A DNA stretch of 62,941 bases, counting the filler. It is 8 parts of 8 records of this genome, joined end to end, with 100 filler letters (N's around TTAATTAATTAA, not from the genome) between each part and the next. Parts side by side here need not be neighbours in the genome. Positions count along the whole stretch, not along the records: positions 48,467 to 56,276 come from SRR31147125_54052; positions 56,377 to 62,941 come from SRR31147125_54085; 6 more parts are not named here. The stretch is one strand, 5' to 3'. A program made the translations under genes and the position numbers. Of the stretch, positions 52,227 through 62,023 are shown one piece after another. How positions within the stretch are numbered: position 1 is the first letter of the stretch; every line of letters starts with the position of its first letter. The notes below the pieces were generated by a model. It worked only from the letters and a program-made list of their open reading frames with translations, was not told the origin of the DNA and made no database searches.

Positions 52227-53945
52227 ATGGAAACATTGGATTGGGTAGTTGTAATAATTTTTGCCATCCTTCTTATAGGGATAATTGTTTGGGTTTTTCT
52301 TCAAAAAGAAGAAACCTCCGGGGATTATTTTCTGGCAGGGCGCAATGCAACATGGCTAGCAATTGGCGCTTCGATATTTGCTTCTAATATTGGCTCTGAG
52401 CACTTAATTGGTTTGGCCGGTTCAGGTGCGTCTAGTGGAATGGCCATGGCCAACTGGGAACTCCAGGGGTGGCTAATCTTAATTTTAGGTTGGGTATTTG
52501 TCCCTTTTTATTCCCGCAGTATGGTAACAACTATGCCCGAGTTTTTAGAACGCCGCTATAATAAAGAGTCGAGGACAATTCTATCGATGATATCGCTGAT
52601 TAGTTATGTATTGACAAAAGTTGCTGTTACAGTATATGCAGGCGGCCTTGTCTTTAAAGAAATTTTTGGGATTGAATCCATATGGGGAATTGATTTCTTT
52701 TGGGTTTCAGCTATTGGACTGGTTGTTTTTACTGCTATCTACACGGTAATAGGCGGGATGAAATCTGTTCTTTACACCTCCCTTTTGCAAACTCCTATTT
52801 TATTGATAGGCTCCTTGGTTATCATGGTCTTGGGATTAAAGGCACTAGGCGGATGGGATGAAATGATGCGGATTACGAAAGCCGTTAAAGTAAATGAATA
52901 CGGTGATTCTATGAGCAGTCTTATCCGAAGTAATGCCGATGCTACTTTCCCTTGGTTAGGTGTATTAATAGGCTCCGCAATAACAGGTTTTTGGTATTGG
53001 TGTACCGACCAATTTGTTGTGCAGCGTGTGTTATCAGGTAAAAATCAAAAAGAAGCGAGGCGCGGGGCAATTTTCGGTGCTTACCTTAAACTAACACCCG
53101 TATTTTTATTTCTTATACCGGGCATGATCGCTTTTTCTTTGGCCACAAAGGGTGTTGTTATTAATGGTCAGGCTTTTTCCCTGTCATCATCCGATGCAGC
53201 TTTTCCCGCTTTGGTAGCTGCTTTGTTACCTGCTGGAATAAAAGGGATTGTTGTCTGTGGAATTTTAGCTGCCTTAATGAGTTCACTGGCCTCCCTCTTT
53301 AATTCATCGTCCATGCTTTTTACCATTGACTTTTATAAACGTTTCCGGCCAAATGCAAATGAAAAGCGTTTAATTGTTGTTGGACGTATAGCAACAGTAG
53401 TTGTTGTTATACTGGGTATTCTCTGGATTCCTGTAATGAGTAGCATAGGTGATGTACTTTATGTATACCTGCAGGACGTACAGTCTGTTCTGGCTCCTGG
53501 TATAGCTGCTGCATTTTTACTGGGTGTCTTATCAACAAAAATTACAGCCAAAGGTGGTATGTGGGGAATGATAGCAGGATTTGTTATCGGAATATTACGT
53601 TTGGGGGCAAAAGTATTATACACTTCCCTTGCAAAGAGTGATGGCTATGAAAATATTAAGTTATGGGCATTAGAAGTTGGTGTTAACAGTCTCTATTATA
53701 AAATCTTTTACGAGGTCAATTGGTTATTCTTTTGTGGTGGGATGTTTGTTTTTTGCATTCTGGTTATTATTGCTGTAAGCCATTTTACCAAACCGGCACC
53801 AGCCTCCCAACTGGTTGGTTTAACATTTGGATCTGCTACTCCTGAACAAATAGCAGCTACAAAAGCGAGCTGGAATAAGTGGGATGTTATTAACTCGATA
53901 ATTATAATAGGAATTACTGTTGCTATCTATGTTTATTTTTGGTAA
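52227..53945 (+). CDS. Sodium:solute symporter (SGLT-like)
   Basis: DYFLAGR, SNIGSEHLIGLAG, TMPEFLERRY, WYWCTDQ..VQR. Confidence 0.95.
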   Translation: METLDWVVVIIFAILLIGIIVWVFLQKEETSGDYFLAGRNATWLAIGASIFASNIGSEHLIGLAGSGASSGMAMANWELQGWLILILGWVFVPFYSRSMVTTMPEFLERRYNKESRTILSMISLISYVLTKVAVTVYAGGLVFKEIFGIESIWGIDFFWVSAIGLVVFTAIYTVIGGMKSVLYTSLLQTPILLIGSLVIMVLGLKALGGWDEMMRITKAVKVNEYGDSMSSLIRSNADATFPWLGVLIGSAITGFWYWCTDQFVVQRVLSGKNQKEARRGAIFGAYLKLTPVFLFLIPGMIAFSLATKGVVINGQAFSLSSSDAAFPALVAALLPAGIKGIVVCGILAALMSSLASLFNSSSMLFTIDFYKRFRPNANEKRLIVVGRIATVVVVILGILWIPVMSSIGDVLYVYLQDVQSVLAPGIAAAFLLGVLSTKITAKGGMWGMIAGFVIGILRLGAKVLYTSLAKSDGYENIKLWALEVGVNSLYYKIFYEVNWLFFCGGMFVFCILVIIAVSHFTKPAPASQLVGLTFGSATPEQIAATKASWNKWDVINSIIIIGITVAIYVYFW

Positions 53946-54161
53946 TTAGAAATTTTATAACCTTGTATTTAATAAACATAAAAAATATTCTTGAAGAGAT
54001 ATGTCAGATTATTGCCTCGAAAGGCTCATCAGACTATTCCCTCAATACCTGAAAACGCAGATCTTGTGAAATATACAAAGTAAAACATCTTGCACCTGTC
54101 TTCTATTACCCATTTATTCAAACAGATACGAAAGTGAATTAAATTCTTAGATGTATTTACG

Positions 54162-54192
54162 AAAGCCACAGCACAGATGTGTGCCGTGGCTT
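54162..54192. terminator. Hairpin between convergent SSS and GH27 genes
   Basis: AAAGCCACAGCACA-GA-TGTGTGCCGTGGCTTT. Confidence 0.6.
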
Positions 54193-54217
54193 TACTTATC
54201 AAGAGTCTAACTACTAA

Positions 54218-55462
54218 CTATCTACCATCTTTAATAAATATGTTTACCTTCTTTACTCCTATTTTTTTTATTCTTAACATCAATACATCGTGTCCACCGA
54301 TTGTTGCTCTTAGAGGCCTCGAAGTATCTCCGATGTCTTTATGGTTAAATAGATCCCTTATTGTATATGTTTCTTTTCTAAGGTCAATACTTTTTTTACA
54401 CAAGTTATCTGACATATCGTGTTTGAGCCAATCGAAATTTAATTCCACAGGCCGGTTATCCATGTTTACAAATGCGATTGCCCAATTATCATTAGAAAGA
54501 GGTTTTAGCCATATTTCAATCTCATCTTCATTACTAAAACGGAATCCTTGTACGCCCAACTCATCCTGATTAACAGCAATAATTTCTTTATTTGTGAGCG
54601 TTTTTAAAGTTTCGCTGCTAATTTTTCGTACATCGTTTCCCAGCATCAACGGAGACGCAAGTATTGACCACATTGCAAAGTGGCTCCTGTTTTCAGCATC
54701 GGTAAACCCATTCCCTACTTCCATCATATCATAATCATTCCAATGTCCCGGGCCAGCATATTTTCGTATATTTTTTTGTCTATTTATTACTTTCCAAATT
54801 CCAAGCGACTCCCAAGTGCCATGACCAATTTCACAATCCCAACAATTGATAATGTCCCCACTAATGCGCCACAAATGACCAATATCTTTACCCCATATCC
54901 ATGGATGGGTAGAACCCCACTCGCAAATACTAAAAACGACGGGTCTTCCGGCATCATACAAAGCATCTCGCATGGTAGTATAGGCACCAATGGAATTCAA
55001 ATCTTCGGCATTGCAATAATCGTATTTTAAATAATCAACTCCCCATTCGGCGTAAGTTTGAGCATCAACATATTCGCGCCCCCTGCTGCCTGGATAATCA
55101 GCACAGGTTTCCTTTCCGGCACAATTATAAATTCCGAACTTTAATCCTTTTGAATGGACATAATCACCCAATGCTTTCATTCCTGAAGGGAATCTTTCTG
55201 GATCACCATAAAGCTTTCCGTTTTCATCGCGTTCTTTTGCCATCCAGGCATCATCCAAAACAAGGTATACAAAGCCAACATCACGCAAACCGGTTTCTAC
55301 CATAGCATCGGCAATATCTTTAATTAGATTTTCATTTATGTTTGTAGCAAAAGTATTCCAACTATTCCAACCCATTGGTGGAGTTAATGCCAGTCCTTCA
55401 AACTTTTGCCCAAACCCGTTTAATACTATTCCAGTCAATATGACAAAAAACAACTGTTTCAT
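54218..55462 (-). CDS. Alpha-galactosidase, glycoside hydrolase family 27
   Basis: Signal peptide, LALTPPMGWNSWN, LDDAW, WGVDYLKYDYC, WRISGDI, GHWNDYDMMEVG. Confidence 0.95.
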   Translation of the reverse strand: MKQLFFVILTGIVLNGFGQKFEGLALTPPMGWNSWNTFATNINENLIKDIADAMVETGLRDVGFVYLVLDDAWMAKERDENGKLYGDPERFPSGMKALGDYVHSKGLKFGIYNCAGKETCADYPGSRGREYVDAQTYAEWGVDYLKYDYCNAEDLNSIGAYTTMRDALYDAGRPVVFSICEWGSTHPWIWGKDIGHLWRISGDIINCWDCEIGHGTWESLGIWKVINRQKNIRKYAGPGHWNDYDMMEVGNGFTDAENRSHFAMWSILASPLMLGNDVRKISSETLKTLTNKEIIAVNQDELGVQGFRFSNEDEIEIWLKPLSNDNWAIAFVNMDNRPVELNFDWLKHDMSDNLCKKSIDLRKETYTIRDLFNHKDIGDTSRPLRATIGGHDVLMLRIKKIGVKKVNIFIKDGR

Positions 55463-55529
55463 ATGCTATATATTTTTAGTTATAAAATGGTAATTCATAG
55501 AACTCTATCTGTCTATTCTGTGTGTGTTC

Positions 55530-56276
55530 TTAAAATATTAAACTGAAAACTGTACCTCCTGGTTGAGCAGATAGTTTGATCTGTTCTCCATTTTCACTCT
55601 GAATTTCAACTCCTTCACACCGATGTAAATCATACCCTCCTTCACTTAAGGAAGCTGCATTGATATCATTTAGCGTAATAAGAGCTTCGGTGTTTCCGGG
55701 TATAGAAATTTCCATATTAATACGACCATTATTGTTGTTCCACTTACAAAGAATCTCACCCATAATTGAGTTATAACTTCCATTCACCCAGGATAAATCA
55801 TCAATAAACGATGGTTTTATAATAATTTTATCAAACCCCTTTGCATCAGGGGCAGGCGATATTCCAACAAGCGACTTGTAAAACCATTCACTAACAGAAC
55901 CAAACATTGGGTGATTTTGAGAATAATCGCCATTCCACTCTTCCCATAGCGTTGTAGCCCCTTTATCGATCATATATCCATATGATGGATATGATCGCTG
56001 GTTGTTGATTTTGTAAGCGACTTCATTCCTATCATTATCGTTGAGAATATTGAACAGGAATTTTGTACCGAAAATCCCAGTTGATAAGTGGTTATTATTA
56101 TTTTCTAGATCTCTGATGAGAAAATCAAGTACCTTTTGTCTATAACCATCAGGGATAAGGTTAAATTTCAGGGCAAACACCTGGTCTGCCTGTGTCCCTT
56201 TTCCAATTGCACCTGTTGAATAATCAAAAAACTTCTTTATAAAACTATTTTTGATCTTCATTGCCAAAGAATCATA
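55530..56276 (-). CDS. Alpha-L-rhamnosidase (GH78) C-terminal part (5' truncated)
   Basis: HLSTGIFGT, PSYGYMI..GATTLWEEW, SQNHPMFGSV. Confidence 0.9.
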   Translation of the reverse strand, partial: YDSLAMKIKNSFIKKFFDYSTGAIGKGTQADQVFALKFNLIPDGYRQKVLDFLIRDLENNNNHLSTGIFGTKFLFNILNDNDRNEVAYKINNQRSYPSYGYMIDKGATTLWEEWNGDYSQNHPMFGSVSEWFYKSLVGISPAPDAKGFDKIIIKPSFIDDLSWVNGSYNSIMGEILCKWNNNNGRINMEISIPGNTEALITLNDINAASLSEGGYDLHRCEGVEIQSENGEQIKLSAQPGGTVFSLIF

Positions 56277-56376
56277 NNNNNNNNNNNNNNNNNNNNNNNN
56301 NNNNNNNNNNNNNNNNNNNNTTAATTAATTAANNNNNNNNNNNNNNNNNNNNNNNNNNNNNNNNNNNNNNNNNNNN
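56277..56376. other. Artificial contig spacer
   Basis: N44-TTAATTAATTAA-N44. Confidence 0.98.
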
Positions 56377-56377
56377 T

Positions 56378-57715
56378 GACGGGACAATTCTGGCCAATCC
56401 CAAATCACCGGAAATGAACTTTAAAAAGATGTCTGAGGTAAATATTGAGGCCTTCAAGAGTTTAGGCGGAATGGACAAGGGGTATGCGGAGCTCAATTGG
56501 GGGGACCGATCCTATATGACCTATGTGCATACCTCTCCGGGTCTGGGCTGGAAGCTGATCGGCATCATCGAAAAAGCTGAGGTCATGCAGGCCTCCAGAA
56601 GTTTGATCACGACATTGGTGATCATTGGAATTGTGCTGTTTATCGTCTTTATCACCGTTGCCTTTTTCCTGGCCAATGCCATTGTGCGCCCCATACGCAG
56701 TGCTTCTGATATGGTAAAGGATATTGCAGAAGGAGAAGGGGATCTGACCAGCCGCCTGAAAGTGACCAGCAAGGATGAGGTGGGCGAATTGGCCGATTGG
56801 TTTAATCTGTTTGTAGAGAAACTTCAAACCATGATCAAAGATATTGCCGGAAATGCCATAACAATTGACAGCTCATCGGAAAAATTATTTACCCTTTCCC
56901 GGGATATCTCCACAGGTGCTGACAATATGTCGGATAAATCCAATACGGTTGCTGCAGCAGCCGAAGAGATGAGCGCCAATATGAATTCAGTGGCCGCCGG
57001 TAGTGAAGAAGCTGCCACAAATGTGAGCATGGTCGCTTCAGCCACAGAGGAAATGACCTCCACAGTCAGTGAAATTGCAAAAAATTCAGAACAGGCCCGT
57101 TCCATTACTGTTGAAATGGTTGCCCAGGCGGGTACAGCAAAGGAAAAAATAAATGAATTGAATTTAATGGCAAAAGACATCAGCGATGTGACGGAAACCA
57201 TTTCCGACATTTCGGATCAGACCAACCTTCTGGCTCTGAATGCAACCATTGAAGCGGCCCGGGCCGGAGACGCAGGTAAGGGGTTTGCTGTTGTTGCCAG
57301 TGAAATTAAGGATCTGGCCCAGCAGACCGCCAACGCCACCCAGGAAATCAAGCAAAAAATTGATGGTGTCCAGGGAACCACGACCGGAACGATCAAGGAA
57401 ATAGAAAAAATTTCCCATGTGATCAACCAGGTCAATGATATCGTCGCGGCCATTGCCACGGCTGTGGAAGAACAGTCGGTAACCACCCAAGAAATAGCCG
57501 GCAACCTGAACCAGGCTGCCACCGGCATCGGGGATGTCAATGTGAATGTCGCACAAAGCTCCACGGTTTCAACCGATATCGCAAAGGATATCAGTGATAT
57601 CAGCCAGTCTGCAGATACGATGTCCGTCACCAGTTCAAAGGTCAATATGAGTGCTGAAGAAATGTCCAAGCTGGCTGCCGGCCTTAAGGAGATGGTGGGA
57701 CGGTTTAAGGTGTAG
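56378..57715 (+). CDS. Methyl-accepting chemotaxis protein (Cache-TM-HAMP-MA; 5' truncated)
   Basis: GEGDLTSRL...[38 protein letters not shown]. Confidence 0.96.
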   Translation, partial: DGTILANPKSPEMNFKKMSEVNIEAFKSLGGMDKGYAELNWGDRSYMTYVHTSPGLGWKLIGIIEKAEVMQASRSLITTLVIIGIVLFIVFITVAFFLANAIVRPIRSASDMVKDIAEGEGDLTSRLKVTSKDEVGELADWFNLFVEKLQTMIKDIAGNAITIDSSSEKLFTLSRDISTGADNMSDKSNTVAAAAEEMSANMNSVAAGSEEAATNVSMVASATEEMTSTVSEIAKNSEQARSITVEMVAQAGTAKEKINELNLMAKDISDVTETISDISDQTNLLALNATIEAARAGDAGKGFAVVASEIKDLAQQTANATQEIKQKIDGVQGTTTGTIKEIEKISHVINQVNDIVAAIATAVEEQSVTTQEIAGNLNQAATGIGDVNVNVAQSSTVSTDIAKDISDISQSADTMSVTSSKVNMSAEEMSKLAAGLKEMVGRFKV

Positions 57716-57776
57716 ATTTGGCTTTAAACTCTGTGATTCATCTATTGCCTTTGACGCGTTCATAGGAGGGGTGGGG

Positions 57777-58577
57777 GTGGGCAAAACAATATTTATTATA
57801 TTTATCATTCTCATATTTCCTTTGTCGGCTTTGGGAAAAACCAAGGTTATTGTTTACGGTGATGACAGCTATCCCCCCTATTGCCATGTGGAAAACGGAG
57901 AACTCAAGGGCATTTACACAGAAATTCTTAAAACTGCATTTTCACGAATGGGCGCCTATGATATTTCCATCAAAGGCATCCCCTGGAAACGGGGACTTCT
58001 TATGTTGAAAAACGGGACAGCCTTTGCCCTTTATCCTCCCTACTTCTGGCAGGCCCAAAGACCCTATATGGACTACTCAATACCGATTCTTGAAGAAAAA
58101 TTAGTGATCTTCCTCAATGGTGAGGTCTTTAAAAAAAGACGGTTGGAGAAATGGCCTGGGGATTTTATTGGACTGAAAATTGGGAAAAATGCGGGATTTA
58201 TCGTTTCCCAGAATATGAATTTTACAGACCTTGTCAACTCAGGGCAAATCATGTTTGAAGAGGCTGATGATAATCGGATGAATATTTTAAAACTGGGAAA
58301 AGGCCGTATCGATGCCTATCTTAATGATCGGATTTCAATCCTATGGGAGTTGAGGCGCCTTAAACAAAAGGGTGAATTTCAGGAGGGGATTAAACATTTT
58401 AGCATTTTCGAAGGCCCGACCATATCCACAAAATACGGGTATTTGGGATTCACGAAGAGCCAAAGCCATCAATATCATTTTAAGGCTGATTTTAAGAAAC
58501 GGTTCAACCAAGAGATAAAGCGGATGAAACAGAATGGCGAAATTAAAAGAATCATCACAAAGTTTTCCGGAGAATGA
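57777..58577 (+). CDS. Amino-acid-type substrate-binding protein (family 3)
   Basis: RBS AGGAGG plus GTG, signal peptide, YPPY...GIYTEI, PWKRGL, GRIDAY. Confidence 0.85.
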   Translation: MGKTIFIIFIILIFPLSALGKTKVIVYGDDSYPPYCHVENGELKGIYTEILKTAFSRMGAYDISIKGIPWKRGLLMLKNGTAFALYPPYFWQAQRPYMDYSIPILEEKLVIFLNGEVFKKRRLEKWPGDFIGLKIGKNAGFIVSQNMNFTDLVNSGQIMFEEADDNRMNILKLGKGRIDAYLNDRISILWELRRLKQKGEFQEGIKHFSIFEGPTISTKYGYLGFTKSQSHQYHFKADFKKRFNQEIKRMKQNGEIKRIITKFSGE

Positions 58578-58598
58578 TCATATCCCGGATGCCCGGTA

Positions 58599-59798
58599 TT
58601 AATCCCTGCCCGTGAGCAAACGGATATCCCGGGTCAGAAGCATGCCCCGGGCCAGTTTTCCCACCACTTTGGCAGGGGCCAAAGGATTTTTCCTTTCCCT
58701 GAGGAGAATTTGGTTCAGCGCCTCTCTGTTTTCCGGGGGGCGCCTGGCCGGGCCGGGGGCCAGGGTGATGGCATTGGCCGGGCAGGCTGTGACGCACTGG
58801 CCGCATCCAATGCACCGGTGGGGGATGATGACGGGCCCGGGCCGCTTTTCCGGTTTTATCTGCCCTGGATCCGGAACCAGGGCCCCTGTCTGGCAGGCAT
58901 CAATGCATTTACCGCAGGAAAGGCAGAGGCCAGGGTCCAGAAGGGCGGTGAAACCGGTTTCCCAGAAATCCAGGGGCAGGGGCAGTTCCTTTTGGAGGCC
59001 GAGCATCCCGCAGCAGCACCCGCAGCATGAACATATAAAATGAATATCCTTTGTGTTGGATGGCTGGAGGACCAGGCCGTCCGCCTGGTTCCCATTGATG
59101 ATCTCCTTTGCTTCCTGGCGGGAGACAATCCGGCCCACCGCCATTTTTATCAGGGTATGGGCAATGGGGCCCATGGCCATGCAGGTTTCTATCCGGTCGG
59201 TCTGTTTACAGGGCTTGCCCTCCATGGCTTTTTTCGTCCGGCAGATACAGGGCAGGGCCACAAAGGGCGGGGCTGCCCGGTCCAGGAGGGTGTGGATCTG
59301 ATCAAAATCCGCCACGGGCAGGCCGGGGGTGATGCTTTTATTGATGGGAATGGTCCGCATCTGGGACCGCCTGGATGCCAGAAACGATATCCCGTACCGT
59401 TTTTCTGAGGTATAGGCTTTGAAATCCCGGATGAATTCCGGGGTGAGCCGGTTGAGCTGAAGTTCGTACATGCCCACCACCAGGGGGGCATTGGCATAAA
59501 GGTCCCGGCCTTTTTCCCGGCAGAATTCAATGCCCCCGTTTTTTACCATGGCGGTCAGATGAATTTTTAAGTCCGCCTTGGACGCCACCAGGCCGGATGC
59601 CTGGTGAAAGATTTTTTCCAGGGGGGCGGGAATGTGGCTGAGCCGGGCGGCGAGCCTGGCTTCCAGAGGCGTGAAAATATGCTGGAGCAACCGGAGCTCC
59701 GCCCCTGTGCCGGAGGGCGGGAAACCGACGGGCTGGCTGTCCAGGTGCTTTTGGAGTTCGACATAGGGATTTAAATTCCGGGGCAGTGCATTTTTCAT
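58599..59798 (-). CDS. 4Fe-4S binding protein
   Basis: CICR...C...C, ICSCCGCCC, and two CxxCxxCxxxC(P) ferredoxin motifs. Confidence 0.88.
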   Translation of the reverse strand: MKNALPRNLNPYVELQKHLDSQPVGFPPSGTGAELRLLQHIFTPLEARLAARLSHIPAPLEKIFHQASGLVASKADLKIHLTAMVKNGGIEFCREKGRDLYANAPLVVGMYELQLNRLTPEFIRDFKAYTSEKRYGISFLASRRSQMRTIPINKSITPGLPVADFDQIHTLLDRAAPPFVALPCICRTKKAMEGKPCKQTDRIETCMAMGPIAHTLIKMAVGRIVSRQEAKEIINGNQADGLVLQPSNTKDIHFICSCCGCCCGMLGLQKELPLPLDFWETGFTALLDPGLCLSCGKCIDACQTGALVPDPGQIKPEKRPGPVIIPHRCIGCGQCVTACPANAITLAPGPARRPPENREALNQILLRERKNPLAPAKVVGKLARGMLLTRDIRLLTGRD

Positions 59799-59866
59799 GT
59801 CTATGTGATAGGGTAATCCGCCACAATCGTCAATTAAATTATCCATATATGGACGAAGGAGAAAAG

Positions 59867-60556
59867 ATGAAGACCATCGGACTTTTGGGGGGGATGAGCT
59901 GGGAAAGCTCCCTGGAATACTACAGGGCCATCAACCAGGGTATAAAAGAAAGGTGCGGTGGGCTCCATTCTGCCAAAATCGCCATGGTCAGCGTGGATTT
60001 TCATCCCATTGAAAAACTTCAGCACCAGGGGGACTGGGAGGGCGCCTCCCTTATCCTTTCCAGGGCCGCCATGCGGATTGAGGCGGCCGGGGCGGATTTT
60101 TTCCTCATCTGCACCAATACCATGCATAAGGTGGCGGACCGGGTGGCGGCGTCGGTCAATATTCCCCTGGTACATATTGCCGATGCCACGGCCCAGGTGC
60201 TGGAAGAAAAGGGCATAAAGACCGTGGGCCTGCTGGGCACGGCCTTTACCATGGAACAGGATTTCTATAAGGGGCGGCTTCGGGAAAAATTCGGGATTGA
60301 GACGATAATTCCTGAAAAAGCGGACCGAGCCCTGGTCCATGAGGTGATCTACAATGAGCTCTGTCTGGGAAAGATTAACCCTGGGTCAAAAAAGGCCTAT
60401 ATCCGGATCATCGCGGATCTGGCCGCCCAAGGGGGCGAGGCCGTCATCCTGGGCTGCACGGAAATCGGGCTGCTGGTGAACCCGTCGGATACCCATGTTC
60501 CCCTTTTGGACACCACGGCCATCCACGCCCAAAAAGCGGTGAACCTGGCCCTATAA
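59867..60556 (+). CDS. Aspartate/glutamate racemase family (YgeA/RacX-like)
   Basis: MKTIGLLGGMSWESS, ICTNTMH, LGCTEIGLL. Confidence 0.94.
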   Translation: MKTIGLLGGMSWESSLEYYRAINQGIKERCGGLHSAKIAMVSVDFHPIEKLQHQGDWEGASLILSRAAMRIEAAGADFFLICTNTMHKVADRVAASVNIPLVHIADATAQVLEEKGIKTVGLLGTAFTMEQDFYKGRLREKFGIETIIPEKADRALVHEVIYNELCLGKINPGSKKAYIRIIADLAAQGGEAVILGCTEIGLLVNPSDTHVPLLDTTAIHAQKAVNLAL

Positions 60557-60566
60557 GGCCGGTCCG

Positions 60567-61759
60567 TCACCGGTATGGAAATTTTTTATTATAGCAGACC
60601 ACTTCCATCCCATTGGGGATTGCCGCCAGGCACCTATTGCAGGAGACACAGGAGACCCTCTCCTTTTTTTCTCTTTGAATTTATTCACGATAAAAGGTTC
60701 GCGTATGAAGGGGCGGGACATGGAGATAAAATCGGCCCGGCCCCGGGTTACGGCTTCTTCCATTTTGGACAGGGTCCGCATGCCCCCCACCAGGCAGAGG
60801 GGGATATTTCCCAGGACCGGTTTGATTATTTCCGCCCGCTTAAGGTTATATCCTTCTTCAAGATCGTATTTTCCCTTAAGGCTTGATATCATCAGTTTGG
60901 CCACCGGTTTTTTCCAAAAAGGAAAGCTTTGGACCAGCTCCCTGACCGGAACCCTTCCCCGGCACATGTTCATATAAGAGTAGACGGATGTGCCGCAGCT
61001 GATTTCAAGCATATCAATGCCCAGATCCTTGAGCCATCCGGCATATTCCGCGGCCATGGGCGGGGTGATCCCTTGCTTGGGCGTGTAATCGCAGGTGTTC
61101 AGCTTGACGGCCACCGGGAAATTATCAGGGGTCTTGGCTTTAATATCAAGGATCACCTTTTTTAAAAAGAGAAACCGGTTTTGGGCTGACCCGCCCCAGG
61201 CATCGGTTCTATGGTTGAAAAACGGGGATAAAAACTGATTCACAAGATAGCCGTGGGCCCCATGGACCTGGATGCCGTCCGCCCCTGCTTTAAAGGCCCT
61301 TTGGGCGGCATCCCCGAATGCGCTTACGGCCTGGGCGATATGATTTTCATCCATCTGCCTGGGCTTGAAAAAATAGATGGGATCCCTGCCTGCGGCGGAA
61401 GGGGCCAGAGGGGTCTGTCCCACGGCATCTTTAGAGGTCTGCCGGCCTGCATGGTTGAGCTGGAAGAAGATTTTTGCCCCTTCCTGGTGAACCGCCTCAA
61501 CCAGTTTTTTTAACCCCTGAATCATTTCATCGCTGTGAATCCCTGTGGGACGTGCATATGCCCGCCCAAGGGGGTGGACATACATGAATCCGGGAATGAT
61601 CAAGCCCACCCCGCCTTTGGCAAGGGTGTGGTACCGTTTGATCAGCCGGTCCGATACGTTTCCGGACGCCTTTGCCATGCCTTCATGGGTCGCCGAATGG
61701 ACGAACCTGTTTTTAATTTCTGTATGACCCACAGATTGTGGGGTGAAAAGAATCCCCAT
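60567..61759 (-). CDS. NADH:flavin oxidoreductase (Old Yellow Enzyme family); frameshift in T-run ~60665
   Basis: KNRFVHSAT, QLNHAGRQ, HGAHGYLVNQFLSP..N.RTD.WGG, SRPFIREP; the alternative frame restores CVSCNRC...VVC. Confidence 0.92.
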
Positions 61760-61955
61760 CCCGGACCTCCTTTTTATTTAGACAGATGTTAAATCCCAGG
61801 GTTTTGTTTTGCCTGAAGCACAGGGCAGCGCGTGGGTGTGGAAAATGCCAGGGCTGCATTATAAGATTCCCTATACTACCAGGAAGCCGCCAGTACATCA
61901 AATGATTTGCCCAATCCCCGGCAGGAGAAAAAGTTATGCGTATTTAAGGTCTCTT

Positions 61956-61974
61956 GTGAGATGAACGTGAGATG
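61956..61974 (+). promoter_or_regulatory. Tandem direct repeat with 11-bp period (OmpR/PhoB-family-like box)
   Basis: GTGAGATG-AAC-GTGAGATG, 50 nt upstream of ATG 62024. Confidence 0.5.
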
Positions 61975-62023
61975 GGCCCTGGTATCCTTATTTTTAAATA
62001 AATAACAGATTAAGGAGGATCAT

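Noticed and set aside
9738..56376. Seven identical TTAATTAATTAA sites as a biological repeat, and any gene neighbourhood spanning them
   Set aside because: They sit in fixed N44 padding, give stops in all six frames, and separate fragments of different composition and gene content. They are artificial joins.
200..60675. About 15 split genes as programmed frameshifting, phase variation or mass pseudogenisation
   Set aside because: Most are single-base indels in short homopolymers, occur across unrelated fragments and hit essential-looking genes such as flgK and flgN. Sequencing error is the simplest explanation.
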